From positions 1 through 42,198 of the IMG/VR virus record IMGVR_UViG_3300045988_016154: a stretch of 42,198 nucleotides of DNA; one strand, 5' to 3'. Positions 22,548-28,900 of the stretch are shown piece by piece. Origin of the DNA: a virus. Both the position numbers and the translations under genes were made by a program. Each line of letters begins with the position of its first letter. The first letter of the stretch is position 1. Under the pieces are notes generated by a model. The model worked only from the letters and a program-made list of their open reading frames with translations, was not told the DNA's origin and did not search any database.

Positions 22548-22734
22548 ATAAGCATACAACATAAAAGCCCAGGCCCCCGTGCCACTGGAAGCCTGGGCCG
22601 CCGCCGGAAGTGGTGTCCCTTGCCGGTGCCCCTTCACCCTACCATATCCCCCCGCGTTTCGTAAATCCCCAGATGTGCATTTCCCGTTTCATTTCGTTTC
22701 GTTTCCGAACCATTTTGTATCAGGAGGTAAAATC

Positions 22735-23172
22735 ATGGAAATTCCGGAGTTGATCGCCCAGTTGGATGCCAGGCGTATGGAGCGTGGCATGTCCTATCAG
22801 ACCGTGGCCGATGCCTGCGGGGTATCCAAAGCCACCATCTACCGGGCCCTCACCGGGGTCACGGAACCCACCGCCCAGCTGATAAACAACATTGAAGCCG
22901 CCGTCCAGTACGTCCCACCCGTCCAGGACCAGCTGCCCCCCGTGGAGTGTTCCGAGGCCTATATCAGCTACCTCCGTGCCGCCCTCCACCAGCAGACAGA
23001 GGACTATAACCGCCACATTGCCCAGCTGCAAACCCACTATAGTATGCTCCACCGCCAGGATCGCCGCACCATCACCTTCCTGTCCGTCTGTGTCACCGTC
23101 CTGGTGGTCTTCCTGATTCTCTGGTTGGCCCTGGACCTATTCCGCCCCGGCCTGGGCTGGATACAGCGTTAA
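22735..23172 (+). CDS. Membrane-tethered XRE-type HTH protein (145 aa)
   Basis: ORF 22579-23172 trimmed to ATG 22735 (CAGGAGG RBS). HTH MSYQTVADACGVSKATIYRALTG. C-terminal TM helix ITFLSVCVTVLVVFLILWLAL. Confidence 0.8.
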   Translation: MEIPELIAQLDARRMERGMSYQTVADACGVSKATIYRALTGVTEPTAQLINNIEAAVQYVPPVQDQLPPVECSEAYISYLRAALHQQTEDYNRHIAQLQTHYSMLHRQDRRTITFLSVCVTVLVVFLILWLALDLFRPGLGWIQR

Positions 23173-23212
23173 ATTGCGTACCTTATAAAAACAAATCAAA
23201 GGAGAACCCACT

Positions 23213-23500
23213 ATGAAAGAGAAACTCATGTCCACCCTCGGTGTCTTCGGCCTCATCCTCTACTATGTCTACAGCCTGTTCACCGCCTTTTTCCCCCTCT
23301 GGTTCCTGAATCTGCCAACCTGGGCCTTTTTCCTCCTGGTCATTCTTTTCCAATTTGTGCCTATGCTTTGCCCAATCGCCTGGGTTGTCGGCCTCTTTTT
23401 CGTTATCAAGGCCCCGCAAACAACCTTGTCCCTGGTCTATTACGTTCTGTTCGCATTGATCGTGCTGAAAACCTTTATCGGCGTTTTTAAGAGTAGGTGA
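23213..23500 (+). CDS. Small polytopic membrane protein (95 aa)
   Basis: Three hydrophobic segments. RBS AAAGGAG. The stop overlaps the integrase start (GTGA). Confidence 0.7.
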   Translation: MKEKLMSTLGVFGLILYYVYSLFTAFFPLWFLNLPTWAFFLLVILFQFVPMLCPIAWVVGLFFVIKAPQTTLSLVYYVLFALIVLKTFIGVFKSR

Positions 23501-24660
23501 ACATTTTGCAGTGCATCAAATGTAAAAAGGACATCCCCCAGGATGCCCTTTTTTGCCCTTATTGCGGAAAGAAGCAGCAAGCCCAGCGCAAACGCCGCAA
23601 GCGTGCCAATGGCATGGGCACCGTCTACAAGCACCCCGGTTCCCGTACCAAGCCCTGGGAAGCCCAGAAAGCCGGAATGCACATCGGCTACTACGCCACC
23701 CGCTACGAAGCCGAACAGGCCCTTGCCCGTCTGGCCGATACCGCCGTCTCTGAGAGCCTGAACATGACGTTCCGCCAGGTCTACGAAAAGTGGCTCCCAA
23801 CCCATAGCCGCAGCCTCACCGATAGCGGCGTAGCCGGTTATGCCTTTGCCTATGCCCACTGTGAACCCCTCTACGATTTGGTATTCCGGAAACTCCGTGC
23901 CAGTGACTTTCAATCTGTAATCAACTCTATGGAATCAGAGGGACTTTCCAAGTCCTCATGTGAAAAGGTGGTCCAACTGTTCAGCCAGCTCTCCCAGTGG
24001 GCCATCCAGGAGGAGATCGCCCATACCAACTACGCAAAATTCGTCACAGTCGCCGCCCCCCAGAAGTCCACCAAGGAAACCTTTACCGAAGCACAGATCC
24101 AGTCCATCCAAACCGCCGCAGCTCCCGCCGCCGACTTAGCCCTCATCCTCATCTCCACCGGCTGCCGCCCTAACGAACTGTTTTCAGCCCTGATTGAAAA
24201 CTGCCACGAAAACTATTTTATCTCCGGCTCCAAAACCAAAGCCGGTAAAAACCGTGTCATCCCCCTAAGCCCCCTCGGCCTCCCTGCCTACCAGAATCTC
24301 CTGGCCGAAGCCCAAAAAACCGGAAGCCCCCGCCTCATAGACGGCTACCCCGGCAACCGAGAATACCGAAACTTTGCAAAGCGGGACTGGAAGCAGCTCA
24401 TGGAGGAAATCGGCACCGACCTCTCCCCCTATTCCTGCCGCCATACCTTCGCCACCCTGGCCATCAAATCCGGCATAAAACCCGAACAGCTTAAACAAAT
24501 CATCGGCCACGCCAGCTACGCAACCACCGTAGATTTCTACAACCACACCAACGCCCAAGAGCTGGTAGCCGCCGCCCAAAAAATCACGGTTACAGTCACG
24601 TTACAGTCACAGAAAACCGCAGATAAAAAATCTACCTCAAAAAGTTCGGAAAACAAATAA
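23497..24660 (+). CDS. int: Tyrosine integrase with N-terminal zinc ribbon and arm-binding region (387 aa)
   Basis: CIKCKKDIPQDALFCPYCGKK. Catalytic-domain pattern ...GCRPNELF..., SCRHTFATLA, IIGHASYATTVDFYNH. Confidence 0.9.
   Translation: MNILQCIKCKKDIPQDALFCPYCGKKQQAQRKRRKRANGMGTVYKHPGSRTKPWEAQKAGMHIGYYATRYEAEQALARLADTAVSESLNMTFRQVYEKWLPTHSRSLTDSGVAGYAFAYAHCEPLYDLVFRKLRASDFQSVINSMESEGLSKSSCEKVVQLFSQLSQWAIQEEIAHTNYAKFVTVAAPQKSTKETFTEAQIQSIQTAAAPAADLALILISTGCRPNELFSALIENCHENYFISGSKTKAGKNRVIPLSPLGLPAYQNLLAEAQKTGSPRLIDGYPGNREYRNFAKRDWKQLMEEIGTDLSPYSCRHTFATLAIKSGIKPEQLKQIIGHASYATTVDFYNHTNAQELVAAAQKITVTVTLQSQKTADKKSTSKSSENK
24589..24610. repeat. Arm-type direct repeats, left (two tandem GTTACAGTCAC)
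   Basis: Tandem 11-mers at 24589-24599 and 24600-24610, inside the integrase 3' end. Confidence 0.6.
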
Positions 24661-24664
24661 AAAC

Positions 24665-24696
24665 GCCCCAGAATCATCAGATTCCAGGGCATTTTT
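24665..24696 (+). terminator. Integrase terminator (imperfect hairpin plus T5)
   Basis: GAATC-ATCA-GATTC with a flanking CCC/GGG extension, then ATTTTT. Confidence 0.5.
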
Positions 24697-24746
24697 GGTG
24701 ACCCGCCGGGGATTCGAACCCCGGACCCACTGCTTAAAAGGCAGTT
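24696..24746 (-). other. attP core: 3' 51 nt of a tRNA-Lys(UUU) (anticodon arm to CCA), not a complete tRNA gene
   Basis: Minus strand reads ACUGC CUUUUAA GCAGU GGGUC CGGGG UUCGAAU CCCCG GCGGGUC A CCA. No matching 5' acceptor strand or D arm is present; AT-rich DNA follows. Confidence 0.8.
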
Positions 24747-24853
24747 CAATGTATATTTTTATATGTATTTATCTATATAATAATTCATTTATTCGGTATT
24801 TTCCATATTTTAAACAGAAAAATATAATCGTATTTAATGAAGTATAAAGCAAA

Positions 24854-24874
24854 TAACAGTCACGGTTACAGTCA
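24854..24874. repeat. Arm-type direct repeats, right (TAACAGTCAC GGTTACAGTCA)
   Basis: Same ACAGTCA(C) motif and same orientation as 24589-24610, on the other side of the core. Confidence 0.6.
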
Positions 24875-24876
24875 AA

Positions 24877-24900
24877 GGCCGGGAGCTATAGCCCCCGGCC
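24877..24900 (-). terminator. Hairpin ending the late/accessory unit
   Basis: GGCCGGG-(10 nt)-CCCGGCC, 8 nt after the last stop codon, followed by TTTGAC on the minus strand. Confidence 0.5.
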
Positions 24901-24907
24901 CCAGGTA

Positions 24908-25267
24908 TTACCGCATACCCTTCTGCTGCTCCATCCGGGTCAGAATCCTGTGCAGGTCGTTCTTGGTGTCCAGGTCGATGCCCTGGGAATCAACCAGTTC
25001 CCGCAGCCGGTCCACGGCGCTCCCGTAAGAGTAGCCGTCGTCTCTGGCATATCTGCCCATGGAATCCCGCCGGTTGGAATACCCGTCCTCCCGGCTGTAC
25101 CTCCGGGAATAATCCCGGCTGTAGCCCTGGTCCGTAATGCAGTCCAGCTTGCAGATCAGAGATGCAAGGTTCTTTGCCACCTCGACGCTTCCGCGGTCCA
25201 GGCGGTCCCCCATGCCCTCCAGCTCCTGCATAGCCGCGTCCCGCAGCTTGTATAACTTCTCGTGCAT
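24908..25267 (-). CDS. Accessory island gene F: hypothetical protein with a Tyr/Ser/Arg/Asp-rich centre (119 aa)
   Basis: RBS AGGAGGTGA. Contains ...GYSRDYSRRYSREDGYSNRRDSMGRYARDDGYSYG... between two helical ends. Confidence 0.7.
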   Translation of the reverse strand: MHEKLYKLRDAAMQELEGMGDRLDRGSVEVAKNLASLICKLDCITDQGYSRDYSRRYSREDGYSNRRDSMGRYARDDGYSYGSAVDRLRELVDSQGIDLDTKNDLHRILTRMEQQKGMR

Positions 25268-25278
25268 ATCGTCACCTC

Positions 25279-25713
25279 CTACGCTACGCGCTCAATCATC
25301 AGATTGGCGTTCGCCACACTGATGGCCTGAGCGGAAATGTTTCTGACTGCAAGGCTGGCGCAGCAGTCTCTGGGAACGTCCACAAACGCAGCCGTTGCCA
25401 CGTTAAAAGCGTTCTCAACCGCCGCCGGTGTCGCCGTGGCCGTGGTCTGCTGGATAGCCTCGCCACCCAGCGACAGCGCCACGCTGATGGCCTCAGCCGT
25501 TCCCCCTGCCGGTACGCTGATGTTGCCGATAAACAGAACCTTGTACCGTGCAAAATTGGAACAGCCGTTGCAAGCGCCACGCAGCGTCACCAGCCCGGCT
25601 CCTTTCCGGTGAACAACATACCCGCGATTGCACCCCACAGGGGTGTCGGTAAACAGCACGTTCTGTCCAGCCGCTACGTTCTGGGCAGCGTTCGCAGTAA
25701 GTTCAACCGCCAT
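25279..25713 (-). CDS. Accessory island gene E: BclA-C / BxpB-like (C1q/TNF-like jelly-roll) protein (144 aa)
   Basis: RBS GAGGGGG. Alternating beta-strand pattern ...GQNVLFTDTPVG...GLVTLRGA...YKVLFIGNISVPAGGTAEAISVALSLGGEAIQ...ASLAVRNIS...ANLMIERVA, like exosporium BclA C-terminal/BxpB proteins. The similarity is judged by eye. Confidence 0.65.
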   Translation of the reverse strand: MAVELTANAAQNVAAGQNVLFTDTPVGCNRGYVVHRKGAGLVTLRGACNGCSNFARYKVLFIGNISVPAGGTAEAISVALSLGGEAIQQTTATATPAAVENAFNVATAAFVDVPRDCCASLAVRNISAQAISVANANLMIERVA

Positions 25714-25724
25714 AAGCTACCCCC

Positions 25725-26438
25725 TCAGAAGCTGCCGCAGCTGCAAACGTTGTTGCAGCAGTACGGGTTCTGCACCTGATAGGAAGGCACAGGCGTGGGC
25801 CGAAGCGTGCTCACCAGATAATTGTTCTGTGCCTGCTGGGAAGCCGCCAGCCGCAGTGCCTGATTCTCCGCCTGGAGGTCCTGCATTCTGGTGCTGTTCA
25901 GGTAGTCGATGACCCGGTCGCCCACCTTGTCGATGGCGATCATGGTCGCGTTGTGCTGGGCCTGCATGTTGTAGTTTGTGTCGCAGAAACCGCGTTCAAT
26001 GGCCCGTCCCAGGCCGTTGTTGACCCCGGCGATCTCCTGCTTGATGTCGCAGCAGCAGTCAGAGAGTTTCTGGCCCACGCCGTTGACGGCGATCCGGGTC
26101 TCATACCCCTGCTGCATCTGGCCCACCTGCACGCCGTTGATCAGCTGCGCCTGGGTGTAGCCCAGGTCACACAGCCCGTTCTGGGTGTTGTCCAGTCTCC
26201 GCTCCAGCGAGTTGGTCGCGTCGGAGATCATCCGCTGCACCGTCGCAAAGTCGCTGGCCAGCACATAGTTGTCAGCAGCGCCGGAATTTCCGTTGCCGCC
26301 CCAACCGTTGCCGCCCCAGCCAACAAACGCGAACAGGAACAGGATAATGATCCACCATGCGCCGTTCCCGCCGAACATACCGTCGTTGTTTCTGTTGGTC
26401 AGCGCCACAACATCGGCAGGGCTCATCATATCGTTCAT
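25725..26438 (-). CDS. Accessory island gene D: single-pass membrane protein with Gly/Trp-rich juxtamembrane segment and Cys clusters (237 aa)
   Basis: RBS TAGGAGG. GAWWIIILFLFAFVGWGGNGWGGNGNSG. Internal CCC (SDCCCDIKQ). C-terminus QVQNPYCCNNVCSCGSF. Confidence 0.75.
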   Translation of the reverse strand: MNDMMSPADVVALTNRNNDGMFGGNGAWWIIILFLFAFVGWGGNGWGGNGNSGAADNYVLASDFATVQRMISDATNSLERRLDNTQNGLCDLGYTQAQLINGVQVGQMQQGYETRIAVNGVGQKLSDCCCDIKQEIAGVNNGLGRAIERGFCDTNYNMQAQHNATMIAIDKVGDRVIDYLNSTRMQDLQAENQALRLAASQQAQNNYLVSTLRPTPVPSYQVQNPYCCNNVCSCGSF

Positions 26439-26482
26439 ACTTTTTCCTCCTAAATAATATTATAAACCGTTGCGCACCCGGC

Positions 26483-26692
26483 TTATTTCAGAAGCCTCTG
26501 GAACTGCGTTGCCAGCCCCTGCAGCTGATTGAACTGCTGCTGCGTCATCTTTCCGGAGTTCAGCAGCTGCTGCACCTGCTGCTGCGGGTCTCCCTGGAAG
26601 TTCGCCCGGAACTGGTTGAACTGCTGGATCATGTTCCCGATGCCCCCCGGGGTAGGCGTGTTCCCGCCAAACTGCCGAAAAAGATCATTCAT
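26483..26692 (-). CDS. Accessory island gene C: small Gln-rich protein (69 aa)
   Basis: RBS CAGGAGGG. ATGAATGA overlap with gene B. MNDLFRQFGGNTPTPGGIGNMIQQFNQFRANFQGDPQQQVQQLLNSGKMTQQQFNQLQGLATQF. Confidence 0.7.
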   Translation of the reverse strand: MNDLFRQFGGNTPTPGGIGNMIQQFNQFRANFQGDPQQQVQQLLNSGKMTQQQFNQLQGLATQFQRLLK

Positions 26693-27029
26693 TGCTGTTC
26701 CCTCCTGTCAGCTCCGCCAGCCGCTTTTCGAATTCTTCTCTTGTCACAAAGTCCCCAGTCGGTGCTTCCGGCTGCTTTGCCTCCCGCATTTCCTCGTACC
26801 GGAATACCCGCAGCGGATTCGGGATGCCGCTGCCGTCCACGCTTTTGACGTAGAACTGCTTCTCCTCGCTGTCCATCATCCACACGGCGGCCCCAGGGGC
26901 CACAGGATAGGCTTTCGCCCCGGCCATGCCCTGCACCCAGACGATGTTGTTTCCCGCCCCCTGGGTCTGCTGGCTCTGCTGCGGCTGCCCGTATAGGAAC
27001 TGGTTCCCGCCCATACCGTAATTGAACAT
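26685..27029 (-). CDS. Accessory island gene B: protein with Gln-rich N-terminus and compact beta domain (114 aa)
   Basis: RBS AAGGTGA. YGQPQQSQQTQGAGNNIVWVQGMAGAKAYPVAPGAAVWMMDSEEKQFYVKSVDGSGIPNPLRVFRYEE. Confidence 0.7.
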   Translation of the reverse strand: MFNYGMGGNQFLYGQPQQSQQTQGAGNNIVWVQGMAGAKAYPVAPGAAVWMMDSEEKQFYVKSVDGSGIPNPLRVFRYEEMREAKQPEAPTGDFVTREEFEKRLAELTGGNSNE

Positions 27030-27031
27030 TT

Positions 27032-27412
27032 TCAGTCACCTTTCCTTTTCCAGAAATAAAGTGGTATCTCTCCGGAGCAGTCCCATGTGTCGTAGATGTC
27101 TCCGTCCTCCACCGCCACAACGTGATTCTTGAGCGTCAGCACGTACAGCCCCTTGGGATAGTCCCGGCAAAAGTCCGCCACGCTGTAGCAGTCCGGGCAG
27201 CTGTTGGGGATCATAAACCGCTCAAAGCCGTTCTTCCGCAGTATCGCGCCCCACACATTGTTGCTGGATGGCATGTCACACATATCCATTCCCGCGCATA
27301 CCAGCTGCAAATAGGCGTTCTCCCAGTCTGCACCGATGGCCTTGCACACAGCCCGCACCGCACAGTCGCCCACTCTGGCCGCCAAGGGGTTCGGGTTGAA
27401 CATCTTCCACAT
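27032..27412 (-). CDS. Accessory island gene A: predicted papain-fold Cys-His-Asp protein (126 aa)
   Basis: ORF 27032-27532 trimmed to ATG 27412 (AGGAGG 7 nt upstream). VGDCAVRAV near the N-terminus, and NHVVAVEDGDIYDTWD near the C-terminus. Confidence 0.7.
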   Translation of the reverse strand: MWKMFNPNPLAARVGDCAVRAVCKAIGADWENAYLQLVCAGMDMCDMPSSNNVWGAILRKNGFERFMIPNSCPDCYSVADFCRDYPKGLYVLTLKNHVVAVEDGDIYDTWDCSGEIPLYFWKRKGD

Positions 27413-27447
27413 GGCTTTCCCTCCTATGGCTCTATAATAACAGGAAA

Positions 27448-27479
27448 GCCGACAGGCAACCTCTCGATTACCTGTCGGC
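27448..27479. terminator. Strong hairpin insulating the lysis genes from the accessory island
   Basis: GCCGACAGG-(14 nt)-CCTGTCGGC. Followed by TTTTT on the plus strand and TTTCCTGTTATTAT on the minus strand. The stop codon of the sigma-like gene lies in the loop. Confidence 0.7.
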
Positions 27480-27722
27480 TTTTTCGCGTATTTTTCGCAC
27501 TGGCAGCTTGTCGCTGTAGGGCTGAACGGCATCGTACTTGCTTTTCAGCCTTGCGACAATCCTGTCAATTGCGGCAAGGGACATATTGTATTCGTGGCAC
27601 ATCTTCACGCGGCTCCATCCGGCGGCCCGTGCCCTGATGACGCGCTCCTCGTCTTCCGAAAGAGAAGCCAGGTCTATGAATTCGTCAAGCAGCACACGGT
27701 TCCACAGAACCGTCCGCGCCAT
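27468..27722 (-). CDS. Sigma-70 region-4 / LuxR-type HTH-only protein (84 aa)
   Basis: LSEDEERVIRARAAGWSRVKMCHEYNMSLAAIDRIVARLKSKY matches the region 4.2 HTH pattern. No region 2 is present. Confidence 0.7.
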   Translation of the reverse strand: MARTVLWNRVLLDEFIDLASLSEDEERVIRARAAGWSRVKMCHEYNMSLAAIDRIVARLKSKYDAVQPYSDKLPVRKIREKADR

Positions 27723-27725
27723 ATA

Positions 27726-27977
27726 TTATTCCGGTTTCTTATAATTCATTGCTCGGTTGCTGTCCGACATTCCCGCCGTCGTGGGGTCGACCACCACGCC
27801 CAGCACCACCAGCACGCTGAATGCCGCGTTTACCACGGCAATCAGCCGATTGCCGATGTCGCCCAGGTCCAGGGTGTAACCAAACACCGCCGCCACGGTT
27901 TGCGCCAACAGCAGCACAGCGGGGATCACCGCCAGCCAAAAGTTCTTGTTCTTGATACGTACAGTCCAGTTGATCAT
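27726..27977 (-). CDS. Holin, phi-LC3/Phage_holin_1-like (83 aa)
   Basis: ORF trimmed to ATG 27977 (AAGGAGG RBS). MINWTVRIKNKNFWLAVIPAVLLLAQTV...VVDPTTAGMSDSNRAMNYKKPE matches this holin family as I recall it. Confidence 0.8.
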   Translation of the reverse strand: MINWTVRIKNKNFWLAVIPAVLLLAQTVAAVFGYTLDLGDIGNRLIAVVNAAFSVLVVLGVVVDPTTAGMSDSNRAMNYKKPE

Positions 27978-27990
27978 AAAAAATTCCTCC

Positions 27991-28290
27991 TTAATTATGC
28001 AGCGGAAGCTTCCGCACTTCCTCCATGACACGCTTCGCGGACCCGTTCCCGCCCGCAGCGGCATAGGGTTCATAAAGATATACTTCCAGATTTTCAAACT
28101 CGTCCTGCGTGATGTAGCCCCGCTCCACGTACTTCATGCCGAGGTACACAATGCGGTCGTGGGCAATACCCACCAGCAGCCGGGTATTTGCGCTTTTCTT
28201 CGTCCGGCGGGCCTCCAGATACCCCCAGAAGCCCGCCGAACCCAGCAGCGTTACCAGAATGGTAACGGCTGTTTTCAGCCATTCGTTCAA
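27991..28290 (-). CDS. Membrane-anchored lysis-cassette protein (99 aa from TTG 28290; ATG 28338 is an alternative start)
   Basis: N-terminal TM helix WLKTAVTILVTLLGSAGFWGYL, then ...HDRIVYLGMKYVERGYITQDEFENLEVYLYEPYAAAGGNGSAKRVMEEVRKLP. GGGGGAAG lies 6 nt upstream of the TTG. Confidence 0.6.
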   Translation of the reverse strand: MNEWLKTAVTILVTLLGSAGFWGYLEARRTKKSANTRLLVGIAHDRIVYLGMKYVERGYITQDEFENLEVYLYEPYAAAGGNGSAKRVMEEVRKLPLHN

Positions 28291-28303
28291 TTTCTTCTTC
28301 CCC

Positions 28304-28900
28304 CTAATTCCCGATATCCATATGCACATGCTGCGCATCGATGGCGTAGCAGTACACCACGTTTTTCTGCTGCCGCACGATGCTCAGCACCTCAGCCGCC
28401 GACAGCCCCGGGATGCGAAAATCCATAGCGTGCCCCAGCAGGTGCCGGGAGTTCCACACGCCCCCAACCTCTGCGTTGTGGGTCTTGCACCGCACCGTGC
28501 TCGTGGGAATCATGGGCTTTCCCGCCGCCTCCCGCACAGCGTCCGCCAGACGCATCAGCTTTTCCGCAGGCTCCACCGGGAACCCCCCGCACCGCCCGCA
28601 GGGACAGGCTATGTAGGGTTCGTCCCGGGTGAAGTATTTAATGCTGTCCCAAAACGTCCCCGTCTTGTCGGGTGGCTGACCGCTGCTAGGGACAGTATTG
28701 TCCTTTGCAAACCGTTCCTGCCACACAGCATCTTTCAGCGCCGCCTGGGTCTGCTCCCCGGCAATCCCGTCCACGCCCAGCCCCTCGGCCTGCTGAAAAC
28801 GCCGTACCGCCGCCTGGGTGTTGGCCCCGTCTGCCCCGTCCACGGCCCCGGGATTATACCCCAGGTACGTCAACAGGCTCTGTATTTGTTTGATTGTCAC
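28304..28900 (-). CDS. Endolysin: PG_binding_1 domain plus LAS/M15-type zinc peptidase (198 aa)
   Basis: GTG 28900 preceded by [54 protein letters not shown] (peptidoglycan-binding repeat). [10 protein letters not shown] ... HVHMD (zinc ligands). Confidence 0.85.
   Translation of the reverse strand: MTIKQIQSLLTYLGYNPGAVDGADGANTQAAVRRFQQAEGLGVDGIAGEQTQAALKDAVWQERFAKDNTVPSSGQPPDKTGTFWDSIKYFTRDEPYIACPCGRCGGFPVEPAEKLMRLADAVREAAGKPMIPTSTVRCKTHNAEVGGVWNSRHLLGHAMDFRIPGLSAAEVLSIVRQQKNVVYCYAIDAQHVHMDIGN

Noticed and set aside
22443-22637. 64-aa minus-strand ORF in the spacer after the repressor gene.
   Set aside because: No RBS, an odd composition, and it spans the hairpin and promoter-like region. 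The in-phase 34-aa ORF (22363-22467) with a GGAGG RBS is the better candidate.
24696-24750. Possible complete tRNA-Lys gene.
   Set aside because: Only the 3' ~51 nt (anticodon arm to CCA) are present. No 5' acceptor strand or D arm follows; AT-rich DNA does. It is an att core, not a functional tRNA gene.
27468-27722. Calling the 84-aa protein a complete alternative sigma factor.
   Set aside because: Only a region-4-like HTH is present. There is no region 2 for core binding or -10 recognition.
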